Below are positions 13,490 to 26,589 of a DNA stretch of 64,000 bases, one piece after another; positions within the stretch are counted from its first letter, which is position 1, and every line of letters begins with the position of its first letter. The stretch is from Blasia pusilla. Its lineage: Eukaryota. The notes beneath the pieces were generated by a model. It did no database searches and was not told the DNA's origin. It saw only the letters and a list, made by a program, of their open reading frames with translations. The stretch is from NCBI GenBank assembly GCA_050084515.1, contig CM114271.1, positions 18,352,001 through 18,416,000 on the forward strand, written 5' to 3'. The position numbers and the translations under genes are program-made.

Positions 13490-15424
13490 AGGAGACGCAT
13501 TCGCACATATTGAATCCATTTTAGTGGCATATTGAGTATAGTATGTTGGGTTTAGAAGGAATGCTTACTTAGAGAGAGATGAGGGGAAGGCATTCATAGT
13601 GGCATATGCAAGCCGCTTAAACAACATTTCGGAGGCAAAGCTAGTACAATTCCTATGAAAGGGAGTTCTTAGTTACAATATGGGCAATGTCCCATTTTAG
13701 ATGTTCTTTCTTCGATAACCCTTTCATGGTCATCATTAATCATGAGCCACTCAAATGGTGGATGGAGTTTGACAACCTTGTAGGGAAGCTTGCGAGATGG
13801 GCACTCTTATTGCAAAAGTACAATTTGCAGGTTTTCCATTGCCTCACACATTTGAATCAAGATGCATACACATAAAGCCATAACCCATGTCCGAGCAAGG
13901 ATCATGATATTGAAGCACCATAGTATGGTGAGAGCGATGGGGAGATAGTGTCGAGCTAGCATGCATCTGCCTTTTTATGTCTTTTGGTTATATTCGGTCA
14001 GGAGAAGGCATCCACTTCGAGAGTGAGGTTGGATGTTGATCCGGATGCTATGAGGAGTTGAAAGGGAGTCAAGATATCCATGATGATGAGATGGTTTTGA
14101 AGTACCTCCATATAGACATTATAGCAAGCATGATGGGTGCTAAAGAGCAAGATTGAGCCCTATAATGAACCAAGAGGTTTAGGTGGGAGGGAATGCATGT
14201 GCTTCGAGTTTGGGAGGATAGACGAGTGTGGATGTTGCCTCGCATCCATCGTAGAAACCAAGAGTTGTGAGACATGGTCACAAGGAGTTGGGTAATTTTG
14301 GAATCAAGCGTATGTATAGCTTGCTTCAAATTTAGTAATGGTGGCATGGTATGCATATTGACATTCAAAGATTGTAGCAAGATGCATATATGTGATGGAG
14401 AGCGAGCATCGTTCCATGCTCCGACACCACACTTGAGTCCTTTGCCAATCATGGGATTAGGGTATCTATGGAGTTTTAGAAATTGGAAGGCCTTTATTAT
14501 TAATGGGGCAATACGTATTGGTCATTGGGGAGCAGTTTTCCAAATTGATTGAGTTGGTAGTGTTTCTAGATAGATCGAGTGAGGATAACTTTCAAGCCTA
14601 GTATGATCAAATGTTGATAGATTGTCATACTACTTCTTAAGATCATCTATAGATAGATGGTTTAGCATAGAAAGTTGTGCAGATGGTGAAGAGAAGATTG
14701 TAAAAGTATGGGCTCTAAAGAGAACACTTCTGAGATTGAGACCTATAATTGTTATGATTGGGTATGGATTATTGCTTCAATTGACAAGTTTCCTTGGCAT
14801 TATTTTCACCATATTTCTTGCTCTATGGGAGGGAGCCAAATTTATTGACATCAATTCAATTTAATGTAGCCAAGGTTCTTGACCTCAACAAACTAGATGT
14901 ATGGATGCAAACATGTTCTCAACAACCTTGACACTTTTAAAAAGTCACGCATATGGCATTTGAGAACTTGGCTATCGCTTGGCATCGCGATACTCTGAGG
15001 TATGCGATTGTGCGTGAAGGAGGCTATTGACAAGAGATTTGGAAATTCCATCTTGATAATTATGTATATCTATATCAAAAATACCAACAAGATTGGGTGT
15101 GATGGCGGGACATACTATTTTGCAAGTGCAAGAGGTTATACCTTCAAGAGTACTTGATTCAAAGAGTTGTAATATTACCGTTTGGAAGATCATATGCATA
15201 AGTGTGCGTCATATCAGCTTCCAAAGGTTGATGGTAGTATTGATCCAAGCTTAGCAATTATTCTTATAGGTTTGAGATGTATGTTGTGTGGGTATGCCAA
15301 GGGAGCAATCTCGATGCTAGTGTGTGATGGATATTCTCAAGGATGGCATATGTCATGTTTGATGCCGCCTCTTGACTTGGTTCCTCATGAATATTGGCTA
15401 TGTCCCAAATGTACAGAAGTGTGA
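13490..15424 (+). mobile_element. older, heavily degenerate Ty3/gypsy pol fragment (RNase H-integrase-PHD) of the same lineage as the 16.2-27.6 kb element
   Basis: SHFRCSFFDNPF...GKLARWALLLQKY (13687) aligns with AHFRCYLFGNPF...GKLAKWALLLHEY (24752 ORF). The terminal LRCMLCG...MLVCDGYSQGWHMSCL...WLCPKC (15182-15424) aligns with the PHD at about 26590-26727. Confidence 0.85.
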
Positions 15425-16238
15425 TAGGTAGATTACAAGATGACTCTTGATGTTATGGATTGCAGGTGGGTGATTAATTATGGGGCGACACATCACTCGA
15501 CCTCTTGGTCTCAATACCAAAAAGGTGCATAGCATTTGGATATGTTTCATAAGCTATCTCGAGCTAAAGAGATCTAATGATCAACGAGAGGGGCAATTGG
15601 GGTTGTCTAGTCATTCATTTGTAGATGTTTTAGGATTCATAGTTAGAAGGTTCTTAAACTTGTGTATATGATAGCTGATGTATGTTGAAAATGATGTGCA
15701 TTTGCAAGACAATTATTATAGTAGATGAGAGCTAGGACGAGATCATATCAAGGCCCTCTAGATGGCTCTTGTACTTCCCTATTTGGAGATATTAGGCATT
15801 TGTATAATCAGTTGTTTAGTATAGTAAATTGTATAGTTGCTATCAAAGGGAGTGCCCTCTTGTGAGAAGCCCTTTCCTCCCTTCACACATTTAGTGCCTT
15901 TAAATAGGACCACATGGAGAGTGAGTACTTTGTATATTCTAGGTTTGTCATATCTTAGTTAGTCGATAAGTAGAGTTGTACTATGTCAACAACATAGAGG
16001 TTCAACTCGCTATTCGGGCATAATGTCATCCCGAGATGTTAGATGAGGTTGGAGACAACTCCGTTACATTAATTTTTTTGGATGATTTCCCTCTTTTGCT
16101 ATTTTGGACCAAGTGATCTGTTGATCGAGTCAATGACCCCCAAGGATTACACAATAATCTATGTGGATATGTTATTAATTTGGGTTATTTTTGGGAGAAA
16201 AGCTCTTCCCAAGGGTATAAAGGTAAAGGAGAGGGCTT

Positions 16239-17983
16239 TGTCACATCTGAGTAGCCGATAGGCTGAGATCTATCGTGGATAGGGCGTTGTCGTATAGTAA
16301 ATCAACCAGTGTGTAAACTCTTTCGTCATTAAGTGTTAGATAGAGTTTCATTAGTATTAAATAAATTGGCTTAGAAAAAGGAGATTCTTATGTTTAAACC
16401 TCTTTATGGTGCCTCTTTTATGCGGGCCCAACTTTAGGAAAAGAAGGTAATAAATAAAAGATGACTTTATAAAAGTAAAGTAGTTGCTTTAATGAAAAAC
16501 AAAAGTAGTCTTGGTTGGTGGCTAGGTTAGTTGGGGTAATTTGGAAAATATCATGTGGGTAAAAGAGGATATTTTGGAAGAGATAAGAGGAAATCTACTT
16601 GTGTCAAAATGTGATTGGCTAAGCCTTGAGAGGAAGCCATGTGGCACAAGATAAGATAAGCTCTATTTCGTACTCTTGTGGATCCCTTGTGAGTATATAA
16701 AGAGGAGGGACCTTCAAGGGTTCATCACCTTCTATTCCATATCTTGAGTCTCTCGTGTCTCTCTTGAGTGTATGGCTTTGGGATTTCTTGCTCTTCCAAT
16801 GAGAGTGGATCACCCCTCTTGGGAGAGTAACTTGACTATGGTCATTTCTTTGAGAGATTTCTAGAGTGTGGTGTGTGTGTGTGTGGGGATGAGAGGTTTG
16901 TCACCGTAGAGGAGTTTAGTCAAACTAAAATAGCGGAAGTTTTGGCTTGTTACTTCCCCAATGAGAGTGGATTACCCCTCTTGGGAGAATAACTCCGCCA
17001 AAACCCATTCTTGAGGAGAGTAGAGAATGTGTGTCAAGCATGGATAGGGGTGGAGCACGAGCTATGCCCGACTTTCCTTTCCTCAATCCTTACCATGTCA
17101 ACGTACTCTTTGTAGATAGGCACTGGTTCACTCGCTATTTAGTTTATCACTTTGGGGAGGCGTTCATGAACCAGGTCATGCAATCTCCAACTCCGGTGAT
17201 TCTTCCTATCGTCACATATGGAAGGACATGGGATTGTACTTTGTATGTCCTTATATAGCGATCCATGGATGTCAATAGGCCTGGTCAAGTAGGGTTTAAC
17301 ACTAGTTGTGCTATCTTCCTCGTGTACAAACGTAAAATAGTTTATAGGGATTTTATTTACGAATTTCGGGGTCCGATGTTACGAAGAAGTGATCGCCTAG
17401 GCACTTCCATTTGTGATACCTGTCGTGAGAGAATGGAGAGTGTACATCATAATTTTGTATTGAAAAAGGAGAACTTATTAGAGAGTTCACCTTGCATCGA
17501 CCGCAGCTAGAAGGCCCGCCCTTGCTCGAAGAAAGATTCTCGACACGACAGCGTAGGAGCCAGCGGACTATCTTGAGTGTAACTTTGTGCCACAATGTCA
17601 GATGTTGAGGATAGGTCCATTGTGTCAGGAACGTCGTTTATGACAACTTTCATGTTGAGGTCTTTTAGAGCCGGGTGACTTGTTGACTAGGTCACCCGCC
17701 CCAGTAACCTGTCTTGCCTTGAGTTACCAAGGGGAGGGCTATTTTTAGGGGAAGAGCCTTTTGGCTCTTCCCAACCCTATATAAGAGAGGAAGATGGATT
17801 TCCTAAGCCATCTTTCTCATGTTGGGCCGTTGGAGCACCTCCCTTGTATGTGTGTGAGCTAGGACTAGGGTGCTAGTGTCCGGATTCCTTGATAGCACAG
17901 GGTGGACGAGGCTGGATATGCCGATGTAGATTGAAGAGTGGAGTTTTAGGCCGGGTGTGCCGTTTTTACTACTCTTTATTACA
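16239..17983 (+). repeat. 5' LTR (repeat A1), interrupted by a solo LTR at 16288-17550
   Basis: 16239-16287 plus 17555-17983 match 26947-27425 and the reverse complement of 29866-30349. TG...CA ends; TATATAA at 17778-17784. Confidence 0.88.
16288..17550. mobile_element. solo LTR of a different family inserted in A1
   Basis: TGTCGT...ACGACA terminal inverted repeat flanked by a 4-bp TSD GCGT (16284-16287 and 17551-17554). Removing it restores the LTR sequence seen at 26947. Internal TATATAA about 16695; no coding motifs seen. Confidence 0.85.
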
Positions 17984-17994
17984 TGAGAAAGATG
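17984..17994 (+). promoter_or_regulatory. self-priming (Tf1-type) primer binding site
   Basis: ACATGAGAAAGATG (17981-17994) is the exact reverse complement of CATCTTTCTCATGT (17809-17822), which begins about 30 nt downstream of the LTR TATA box. There is no TGG-initiated tRNA PBS here. Confidence 0.75.
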
Positions 17995-20900
17995 TGAGGG
18001 GGCTGGTGGGAATTCGTTGTTTGCAGGTAGGCAAGCGAGTTGCCTCGGTTGGGAAGCCCTTGGAGACGTGTGTGTGAAGTTTTGTGTGTCATTTTTCTGT
18101 TCAGAAGGCCGTGGGCGGAAGCGCTGTCCGTTTTTCTCAGATTTTGCTGGTGCGTATTGATGGGGGACAACAGTAGGGTGTAGCGCAGGTCGTGTCGGCA
18201 GGAGTAACGTTGTCTTATAGCTCGTGGAATGTCGGGAGTACCTAGGGAGAAGAGTTAGAGCTTGTAGCCGCCAGGGGGTTGTCAAGTAAAGGGCGGCTAG
18301 GTCGCATAGGGTTAGGTCACGCAACTGTTAGGGATAGGGCACTGTGCATGGGAAGGAAGGCGTAGGAGGTAGCTAGGTCGGGACGAGTAAAGCTGGCACA
18401 GGTGGACCACGTGCAGAGGGACGGGCGTCACACGCTCCGAGGATGCAAGGAAGCAGGGCCGCAGCCGCATAGGGCTACGTGCCCTCAACGCGCCACGTAG
18501 GCCCAAGGCCGCGGTAGAGAAGGGAGAGTCGGGACTCGGGAGCAAGGAGCTCCAAGAAGCCGGGCAGCGTGCCCGAACGGGGTCTGAAGGAGTAAGGGCG
18601 GGCTCATAGGGAGCCGCATCGCGCAAGCCAAGGTGGGAGCAAGGGCTGACCGCATAAGGCGGCGTGCCCGGAGCTCCAAGGACACAAGAGCTTGCATAGG
18701 GCCACTTGCCCTAGAGTGAGACTGCATATGGCACATCCCCGGGGCTAGTCGAAGCAAAAGAAAGCACGCAGGATAAGGTCCGGGTCCCTGGGAGGACAGA
18801 AGTTGGGAGTAGCAGATTCGAAGGAAGGAAGGAGCCCGGAGCTCTAGGAACAAAGGAGGTACGGGAGGAGCCATTATGGCTCCTAGATAGCGGGGGTAGG
18901 GGCCATTATGGGTCCAACATAGCTGGAAGGTAGTTAGGGGAGGGATGACCGCGTGAGGAGCCGGGCACCTCCATAGCGCAACATGCCCAAAGGAGAGTCG
19001 GACGGAGGTTGGGGATGGACGGAACCTTCGAAGGAAAGAAGGAGGCAGTTGGTAGTAGCCATAGGGAAAAAGAGAGGTAAGGCACAACAGCTGGAAGCCA
19101 GGAGGTCCAAGGAAGTTGGAGGGTTAAGAGAGGGAGAGCGAGCCGTATAGGAGCGCGGGCCAAGGCCAAAAGGGGTTGACACGCGTGCATGGTAGCCATG
19201 CTAACTACATAGAGACTAGATATGGTTGATGGCATATATGGTTGAGCCGCTTACTAGGTGGAAGTTTGGACGTAGTTGATTTGGGTAACATGGTTCGGGT
19301 CATGAGGTTGTGAGTCACCACGTGATTTGATGGTACTTTTTTGACTAGTGGTGAGATTGTGATACCTGTCAAGATTTTCGACGGAGTGGTAGTGATGGAG
19401 ACACACGTGTTGATGCCGACGAGTAGTCCGCATCTATTGACGGGAGGATCGACGTGTTGGTCGAGGAGAGTGTTGTGTTGCGGAGATTGTCATATCATGT
19501 GGAGGAGTGCATGTTGACGGTGCAGCAGGTTGGAGGGCGTGATCAGGTTACCCATTCGAGTCCCTTTTCCCGCACTTGTCGTGTGTGATTGAGAGTGCTG
19601 GGTATCGGGTAGTAGCTAGTGCTAGGTGGGTGCAGTGATGGTGACGAGTGTAGATTCTTTTCATGTATAGTATGTTGGTGGATATACGGTGGTTGCCGAG
19701 TAGGGGTCGCGTGTATGAACCGAGAGAGTGTCGCTAGTTTAGGTGAGTCAGTTGGGAGGCTCATGGTGAGCCCGAGTGTTGAGCATGCGTGAGGCCGGGT
19801 ATGTCATCACGGGATTGATGTTAGCATAGGTGAGCTAGTGAGGCGTGTGGGAGACTCTTGGTGAGTCTGAGTGCTTGAGCGGGTGAGACAAGGTTTGTCA
19901 TCACGGCATTCTTCCAGGGTTCGGAAGAACGGGGTAGTGCGAGCAGTAGTAGTGATGTGACACGGAGTGGAGTGAGATACCGAGGGGTTACCAATGAGGA
20001 GCTACCTCGACATCCATCCGTGGTTGGATCGTCATCACTCGACACTGGGTCTGGTGACGAGATCCGCATGCGAGACGATAGTACTTGGCGGGAGATGGGC
20101 GACATGGGCCATCGGGGCATGCGTCGTTTTCGGTGCAAGTGGGCACCATCGACTTAGATGATTTTATCCAGGAGTTCGACACTTGGTGCGACTTCGAGAT
20201 ACGGACCGACACGGTTCAACCCTTTCATGGCATGGAAGGGTTGTTCCAAAGACTTGGAGGGTCCCTCGATGGATGACTACATGGAGTTTCGAGCACGATA
20301 TTCAGTAGCGATCGATGCTTGGAGGATGTATTGGGCTCCAGGGTATGTGTCCACTAGTGGTCGCGAGGCATATGATGGGATTGTGAGAGGAGAGAGACCC
20401 ACACCATCAGCCCCGAGACTAGATGGAGAGGAGGTGAGACAGGCGATGTGGCATCTAGCCATCTAGCCCACAGCGAGCACCAGTACCAGGGGAGCGGGCC
20501 AGTGTGCCTAGAGAGCAGGGCGGGTACCGTGAGCCTATGAGGCAACGACCCGCACCTACATATGCTGCCCAACAGGGACCGACGTGATCTTTTTGGACGT
20601 GTGGAGGGGCCCATAGGCAGAGAGACTGCCCACAGTATGGGAGAGGACCACCAGCGCCTCCGATTGCTCAGGAGCCACAAAGGATGGCCCCACCACAACA
20701 CTAATCTGACCATTGCCACAGATATGGTCACACTAGGGATAGATGTTTTGACCTTCGCCGAGGGGCACGTCCAGAGGTAGGCCGAGGGCCTGGGGGCGGT
20801 CGTCCTGCATGAGGTCGGAGAGTTCTTCCTGGACGTGGTGGTAGAGGACCACCACCAGCCAAAGGAGATGGAGGAGGAGCACCAGAGCTGGCACTTCTCT

Positions 20901-22390
20901 CACGCATCGATTAGTTGGAGCAGAGGATTGCTACCATGACGATGATGCAGCTTAGGGAAGGCACGGAGCTACGAGCAGCTAGTGTGACTCCAACTTCTAC
21001 CTCTTACCCTGACCCGGGTGAGGATCTCGCCAGTATAGGATTTATGTGTAGTGCAGCCCAGGTTGAGACAGCTGCAGTGGTGACTCGGGGTGCTGCGAGA
21101 GGCACCGAGCCATCGAGAGGTGGAGTTGAGATTGACCCACCAGAGGGGACCGATGGGCAGCAAGCCAGGGTTCCACAATCGTTCACATTGTTGGAGGCAC
21201 TACACACACCATCGATGGTGCCTCGACGACCAGCGGTGCCCATAGTTCAGGCACCTACGTCGACGTCACGAGGAGTTGGAGTGAAAACTCCTATGCCGGC
21301 TCGAGTGGAGTGAGTGTCGACCATAGTGTTGGAGGTGGCCACCAGAGTGAGTCAGACTCCACTATTTTCCGCCATAGAGTTGGCGACGTTGGGAGTTGGA
21401 CTAGCTGAGGTGTTCCGGTTGGCCGGCACATTGTGTGAGCGTGGAGAGATGACTGCTTCTTGTTCAAAGGTAGTTGAGGAGGTGGTGGACTTGCCCTTAG
21501 AGCCGGTGCTTGGGACGTTCCCCATAGAGTCATGGCATGCGGCGGCGGCGAAGTTGGTAGATATGCCAGCTCGACCGGCCATAGAGCGAGCAGTGGTGAC
21601 ACCTGGAGTAGTGTTACTGGATAACCAAGCTGGAGTATTTCGCTTGGTTAGTCCGATGGGGAAAGTATACCACCCGCAGCGCATCCTACTTGATTTGGGA
21701 GCGCAACCCTTGATGTTAGGGAAGGCGGCGTGTTTAGCTTTGGGGTTATGGAAGGCCGACATTGAGCCTTGTCCCTTCGATCTGACCTTGATTGGGCGTA
21801 TCACCCCTCGGTATATGACTCGACAAGAGATTGTTGTCGAGTCCAGCCAGAGCATGCGGGATAGTGCTATGGTGCGACACGTGCGATTACGACACCGATT
21901 GAGTAAATGCGATATGTTGGTGGGGAGTGCAGTGTTATATCCCCTAGGATTCATCCTTGACTTCTGGGAGGAGACCGTTGCTTATCGGCCAGGATGGTGG
22001 TCAGGTGACTGCCGGATGAGTTAGTTACCCGTGCAGTTTGCGGGACGAGGTGGTTGATCATGAGGCGAGTCTATGACCACGTTGGCAGCTTTCACAGGTA
22101 GTATTAGCTGGCCAGGAGAGTTGTTGGAGGGGAACGCACATGCGGAGGATGTCCTAGTAGCGGATAGTCCCACGGAGAGACATGCCATGGCGGGTGTCTC
22201 TTCCCATGTTGGCAAGGCCTCTTCACCATTGTGGGGTACGACTCGAGAGCTACAGAGGAGTGTCGAAGACCTCTTGAGGCAAGCGTGAAGTCATGTTTTT
22301 ATCCCATAGCCGCGAGAGTCATGTGGCGATCGGGCTCTTGGAGTGGAGACGATGACCCCACTAGATACCACACCTGTTGTGTGGCAGTGC

Positions 22391-23345
22391 CCAGAGGAGG
22401 GTGTTAGGGTGTTAGATCTCTTGGGAGGGATTAGCACCGGATTGGTTGCACTATTGCAGGCAGGCATACGGGTGCATTAGTACCTTTATGTGGAGAGAGA
22501 TGAGATTGCGCGGCGAGTATCATTACGTCACGTGGCGAGATTGGTCCAGAGGTATCCTGAGTTGTTGTCGATATCTGCAGTACGGGGATATCAGCATACG
22601 CTACCCGCCGACATCTCTTTGGTGGGGGCGCAGGATGTGGATAGAGTTGGCACCATTCATTTGGTTATTGTTGGATGGCCATGTCAGGGTCATTCATCAA
22701 CTGGCCGAGGATTTGGATTGTAGGATCCGAGGTCAAGGATGTTTTGGGAGATGCTGCGAGTATTACGACACTTGCAGGAGAGTCAGATATGTTCTCCAGC
22801 GTACATTTTGGAGAACGTGCCGTTGTTGGGAGACACTCGTGCATGTGTGATGACGAGTGTACATCAGGTGAGGTCCTGGTTGGGACCTGCTGTGTTGTTA
22901 GATGCAGCGAGAGTTGGGTCACGTGCCCATCGTCCACGACTGTGATGGACAAACCTGATACCATCAGAGGTACTGAGTCGAGCATAGGGTGGAGTCCAGA
23001 GAGCACCACATCTCACAGTGGATGCTATTTTGGGCTCAGGGTGTCGATCTCAGGTGGTGACACGGGATGATAGACCACCGTTGGCCATGGCCAATAGGGT
23101 GGGGGAGTTGAGGGCAGCCTTATCTACGTTGGTGAGCTTCCCAGCATCCCATGCCTTCCGTCACGGATGGTCAGGCATGCTTTGGGATGAGGTGACCGGA
23201 GCATTGGAGGAGCCTACAGCAGATGAGCGCGAGCGCGCCATGGGGTTCGCTACCGGTACTACGGCGGTGCAAGGGATGACTGAGGCATCCCGGAGACAGG
23301 TATTGGGGCAGGTGATGGACCTTAACTCTCTCACATGGATAGTCA
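22391..23345 (+). pseudogene. DNMT3-like C5 cytosine DNA methyltransferase domain inside the retrotransposon polyprotein frame (disrupted)
   Basis: All motifs are in one frame. Motif I VRVLDLLGGISTG (22403); IV LVIVGWPCQGHS (PC at 22679-22684); VI YILENV; VIII DAARVGSRAHRPRL*WTNL; IX-X ERERAMGF...SRRQVLGQVMDL. In-frame stops at 22478, 22721, 22943 and 22985. Confidence 0.88.
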
Positions 23346-26300
23346 ACCTAGGTATGGTTGAGCAGAGACGGATGCGAGTGTCATCCATGCCGTCACGTCC
23401 ATGAGTTGGACCATTGCCTACAGGGTCTATACATGCATTGGCTGGGGGCGAGACGAGGAGAGATAGGCACCCATGGACTTCCTGGGACATCCTTTGAGCA
23501 GAGAGTGCGAAGGCGGATAGAGTAGCACATGTTAATTTTTCGGATGTGGAGCATGGTGTAGGAGGTCAGAGTGGAGTGGCTAGTTGCGGAGGTGGCTAGA
23601 GTTGCTACATAGCAACAAAAGCCGGAGGTTGCGTCCTCTCCAATTGAGGTCATGATGGAGACTTGGCAGCCTGTGATAGGTCTCAAGTTGATAGGAGGAG
23701 AGCGACGGCGAGTTCATAGGTTTTTGAGAGGGCATGTCAGTTTTTTTGCCTTCAGTATGAGAGACTTGGGTACGTTGAAGGGTCCCGGGATACGGATTGA
23801 GTTGGCTAGTGATACGCCGATCTTTCGTCGACCCTACAGGTATTATGATATGGAGCGAGCCTTGATTCAGAGCAGGAGTCAAGACTTGTTGGAGGCAGGA
23901 CTTGTGGAGTTATCACATGGAGAGTATGCATCTGCCACAGTCATGCTGGCGAAGAAGGATATGTATGGCAATTGGACGGATAGGCGGATGTGTGGAGATT
24001 ACCGTCCTATCAACCAACAGACGAGGTCAGATCGGTATGCCATGCCTACTCCTGAGTAGATCTTTGATGCGGTAGGGCATGCAAAGATCTTCAGTACTTT
24101 AGATCTCCGTGCTGGCTATCATCAACTTCCTATCAGGTTGGAGGACAGGGAGAAGACAACATTTTGTGGGATAGATCGGTTTGGGAGAGATTGCTTGTAT
24201 CAGTGGTGGTTCTTACCATTTGGGTTGAAGAACGCGCGTGCAGAGTTTCAGAGAGTGATGGATAGGATTCTGGATGGCTTGGATTTTGTACGATGTTACA
24301 TAGATGATATTCTTATCTTCAGTTCCACGGTTGAGGAGCATGAGCGACACTTGGAGGAGGTGTTTCGGCGATTGCAGTTACATGGACTGAAGTTACATCC
24401 AGGCAAGTGCAGATTCTTTCAGGAGCAGATTGAGTACTTGGGACACACCATATACACGAGTGGGTTAGGCGTTCAGAAGACGAAGGTAGAGGCTATTGCG
24501 TAGATTCCAAGCCCTATAGATTTGAGTCGAGTCCGAGCATTTCTTGGACTGGCAAACTTCTATCGACAATATGTCAAGGGTTTTAGTGCGATCGCAAAGT
24601 CTTTGACCTTGTTGACGAGACTTGATCAGGTTTGGTTGTGGGGAGATGATCGGGAGCAAGCATTTCAGAGCTCAGGACAAAGTTGGCGTCCTCACCCATT
24701 TTCTGAGAGACCGTTAGGGGTCGCCCATTCCAGTTACATACGGATTGGAGCATGTTGGGTCTAGGAGCAGTGCTTACTCAGAGGGATGACGAGGAGAGGG
24801 AGTTCGTTGTGGCTTACGCGAGCCGATCGAACAACATTGCAGAGGCAAAGTACAACTCCTACGAAGGAGAGTGCTTGGATGCAGTGTGGGCCGTGGCACA
24901 TTTTAGGTGCTATTTATTCGGCAACCCTTTCACACTTATCATTGATCATCAGCCGTTGAGGTGGTTGTTGGAGTCCGACAAGCTTACGGGCAAGCTTGCC
25001 AAGTGGGCTCTATTACTACATGAGTATGAGTTTGAGGTGGTTCATAGGCTAGGTCGGCTGAACCAGGATGCGGATGGGTTGAGTCGTAACCCATGTCCGA
25101 GTCCGAGAGACGACACAGGAGCTCGATGGCACGGAGAGAGTGATGAGGAGATGGTGCCCGGTTGGCATGCATCTGCCTATCTTTGTTGGTTGACTATGGC
25201 AGGTCAGCCACATGTGATGACTCCAGTGGTGGGGTTGGATGATGAGTCTTTGGATCCGGAGGTTAGTGAGGAGGCGACAGGTGGTCGTGATATCCATGAC
25301 GACGTGGAGGTTGTGGAGTTCTTGCGCACTGGCATCATTGCGAGTACAGTGAGTGCTAGGGAGCGGGATCGGATCCTACAGAGAGCCAAGAGGTTCAGGT
25401 GGGAGGGGACTCACATTTTGCGGGTATGTGGAGATGGTAGGATACGAGTGGTACCTCATCCTTCCCAACGAGCACGTGTAGTGCGACATGCCCATGAGGA
25501 GTTGGGACATTTCGGAGTAAAGCGTACTTACAGCTTACTCTAGGTTCAGTATTGGTGGCGCGGCATGCATACTAGGGTAAAGCAGTTTGTGGCCAGATGT
25601 ATGGTATGTGACAGAGTGTGAGCATCCTTCAATGCTCCCACTCCGCAGTTACATCCTTTGCCGATTATGGGTTTAGGTTATCGGTGGAGTTTAAACTTTG
25701 CAGGACCTTTGCCATTGACAGGGCGTCATCATAGGTACGTGTTGGTCATGGTGGAGCATTTCTCCAAGTGGATAGAGTTGGTGGCACTACCAGACAAGGC
25801 AAGCGAGGGAACAACTTATGCGTTTCTAGATCGTATGCTTAGTCACTTTGGTGCACCGGCGGAGGTGTTGACTGACCAGGGTACCGAGTTAGGGGAGAGT
25901 TTCAGGCCTTGTGTGATCAGGCGCTCATAGATCACCGCACCACGTCCACAGATCATTGTGAGGCGGATGGGTTGGCGGAGAGAGTGGTACATACGGTGAA
26001 GAGAGGATTACGCAAGTATGGCTTGCAGCGGGGACAGTTGAGGGAGTGGGACCTACAGTTGCCATGGTTGGCTATGGGTTATCGCTTTAGTCGGCAGGCA
26101 TCCTTGGCGTCATTTTCACCGTACTTTTTGCTCTTTGGGAGAGAGCCAGATTTACTTGCAGTGATTCGACGTGACATGGCGGAGGTGTTAGATCTTGATG
26201 ATCCAGATGTATGGATACAAGCATGTTCTCAAAGGGCAGAAGTTTTTCGTAGAGTTATGCCCATGGCCTTTGAGAACTTAGCTATTGCCCAGCATAGAGA

Positions 26301-26589
26301 TACATTAAGGTACGTGACCATTCGTGGAGGAGGTTATCATCCAAGGATTAGGAGGTTTCATCCTAGAGTTTACGTGTATTTACAGCAGGCGGCACCCACG
26401 ACGCTAGATGTCACTGCAGGGCGCACGATCCTACGTATGCGCGAGGTATTACCGACCGGAGTCCTCATGTTGGAGGGATGGGATGGTATGGTTTGGACGG
26501 ATCATGTGCGCAATTGTGCGCCATGTCATCTTCCGAACGTAGATGGGACGGTGGATCCGAGCTTGGCAATGGTACCTGCAGGCTTGAGG

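Noticed and set aside
18312-19235. Several 80-200 aa antisense ORFs in the Ty3 leader, a possible extra gene
   Set aside because: No recognisable motifs, not shared with the second copy, and explained by high GC content.
22391-23345. Reading the MTase as bacterial restriction-modification contamination or a host DRM gene
   Set aside because: It is in frame within the retroelement polyprotein, decayed like its neighbours, intronless, and has DNMT3-type unpermuted motifs.
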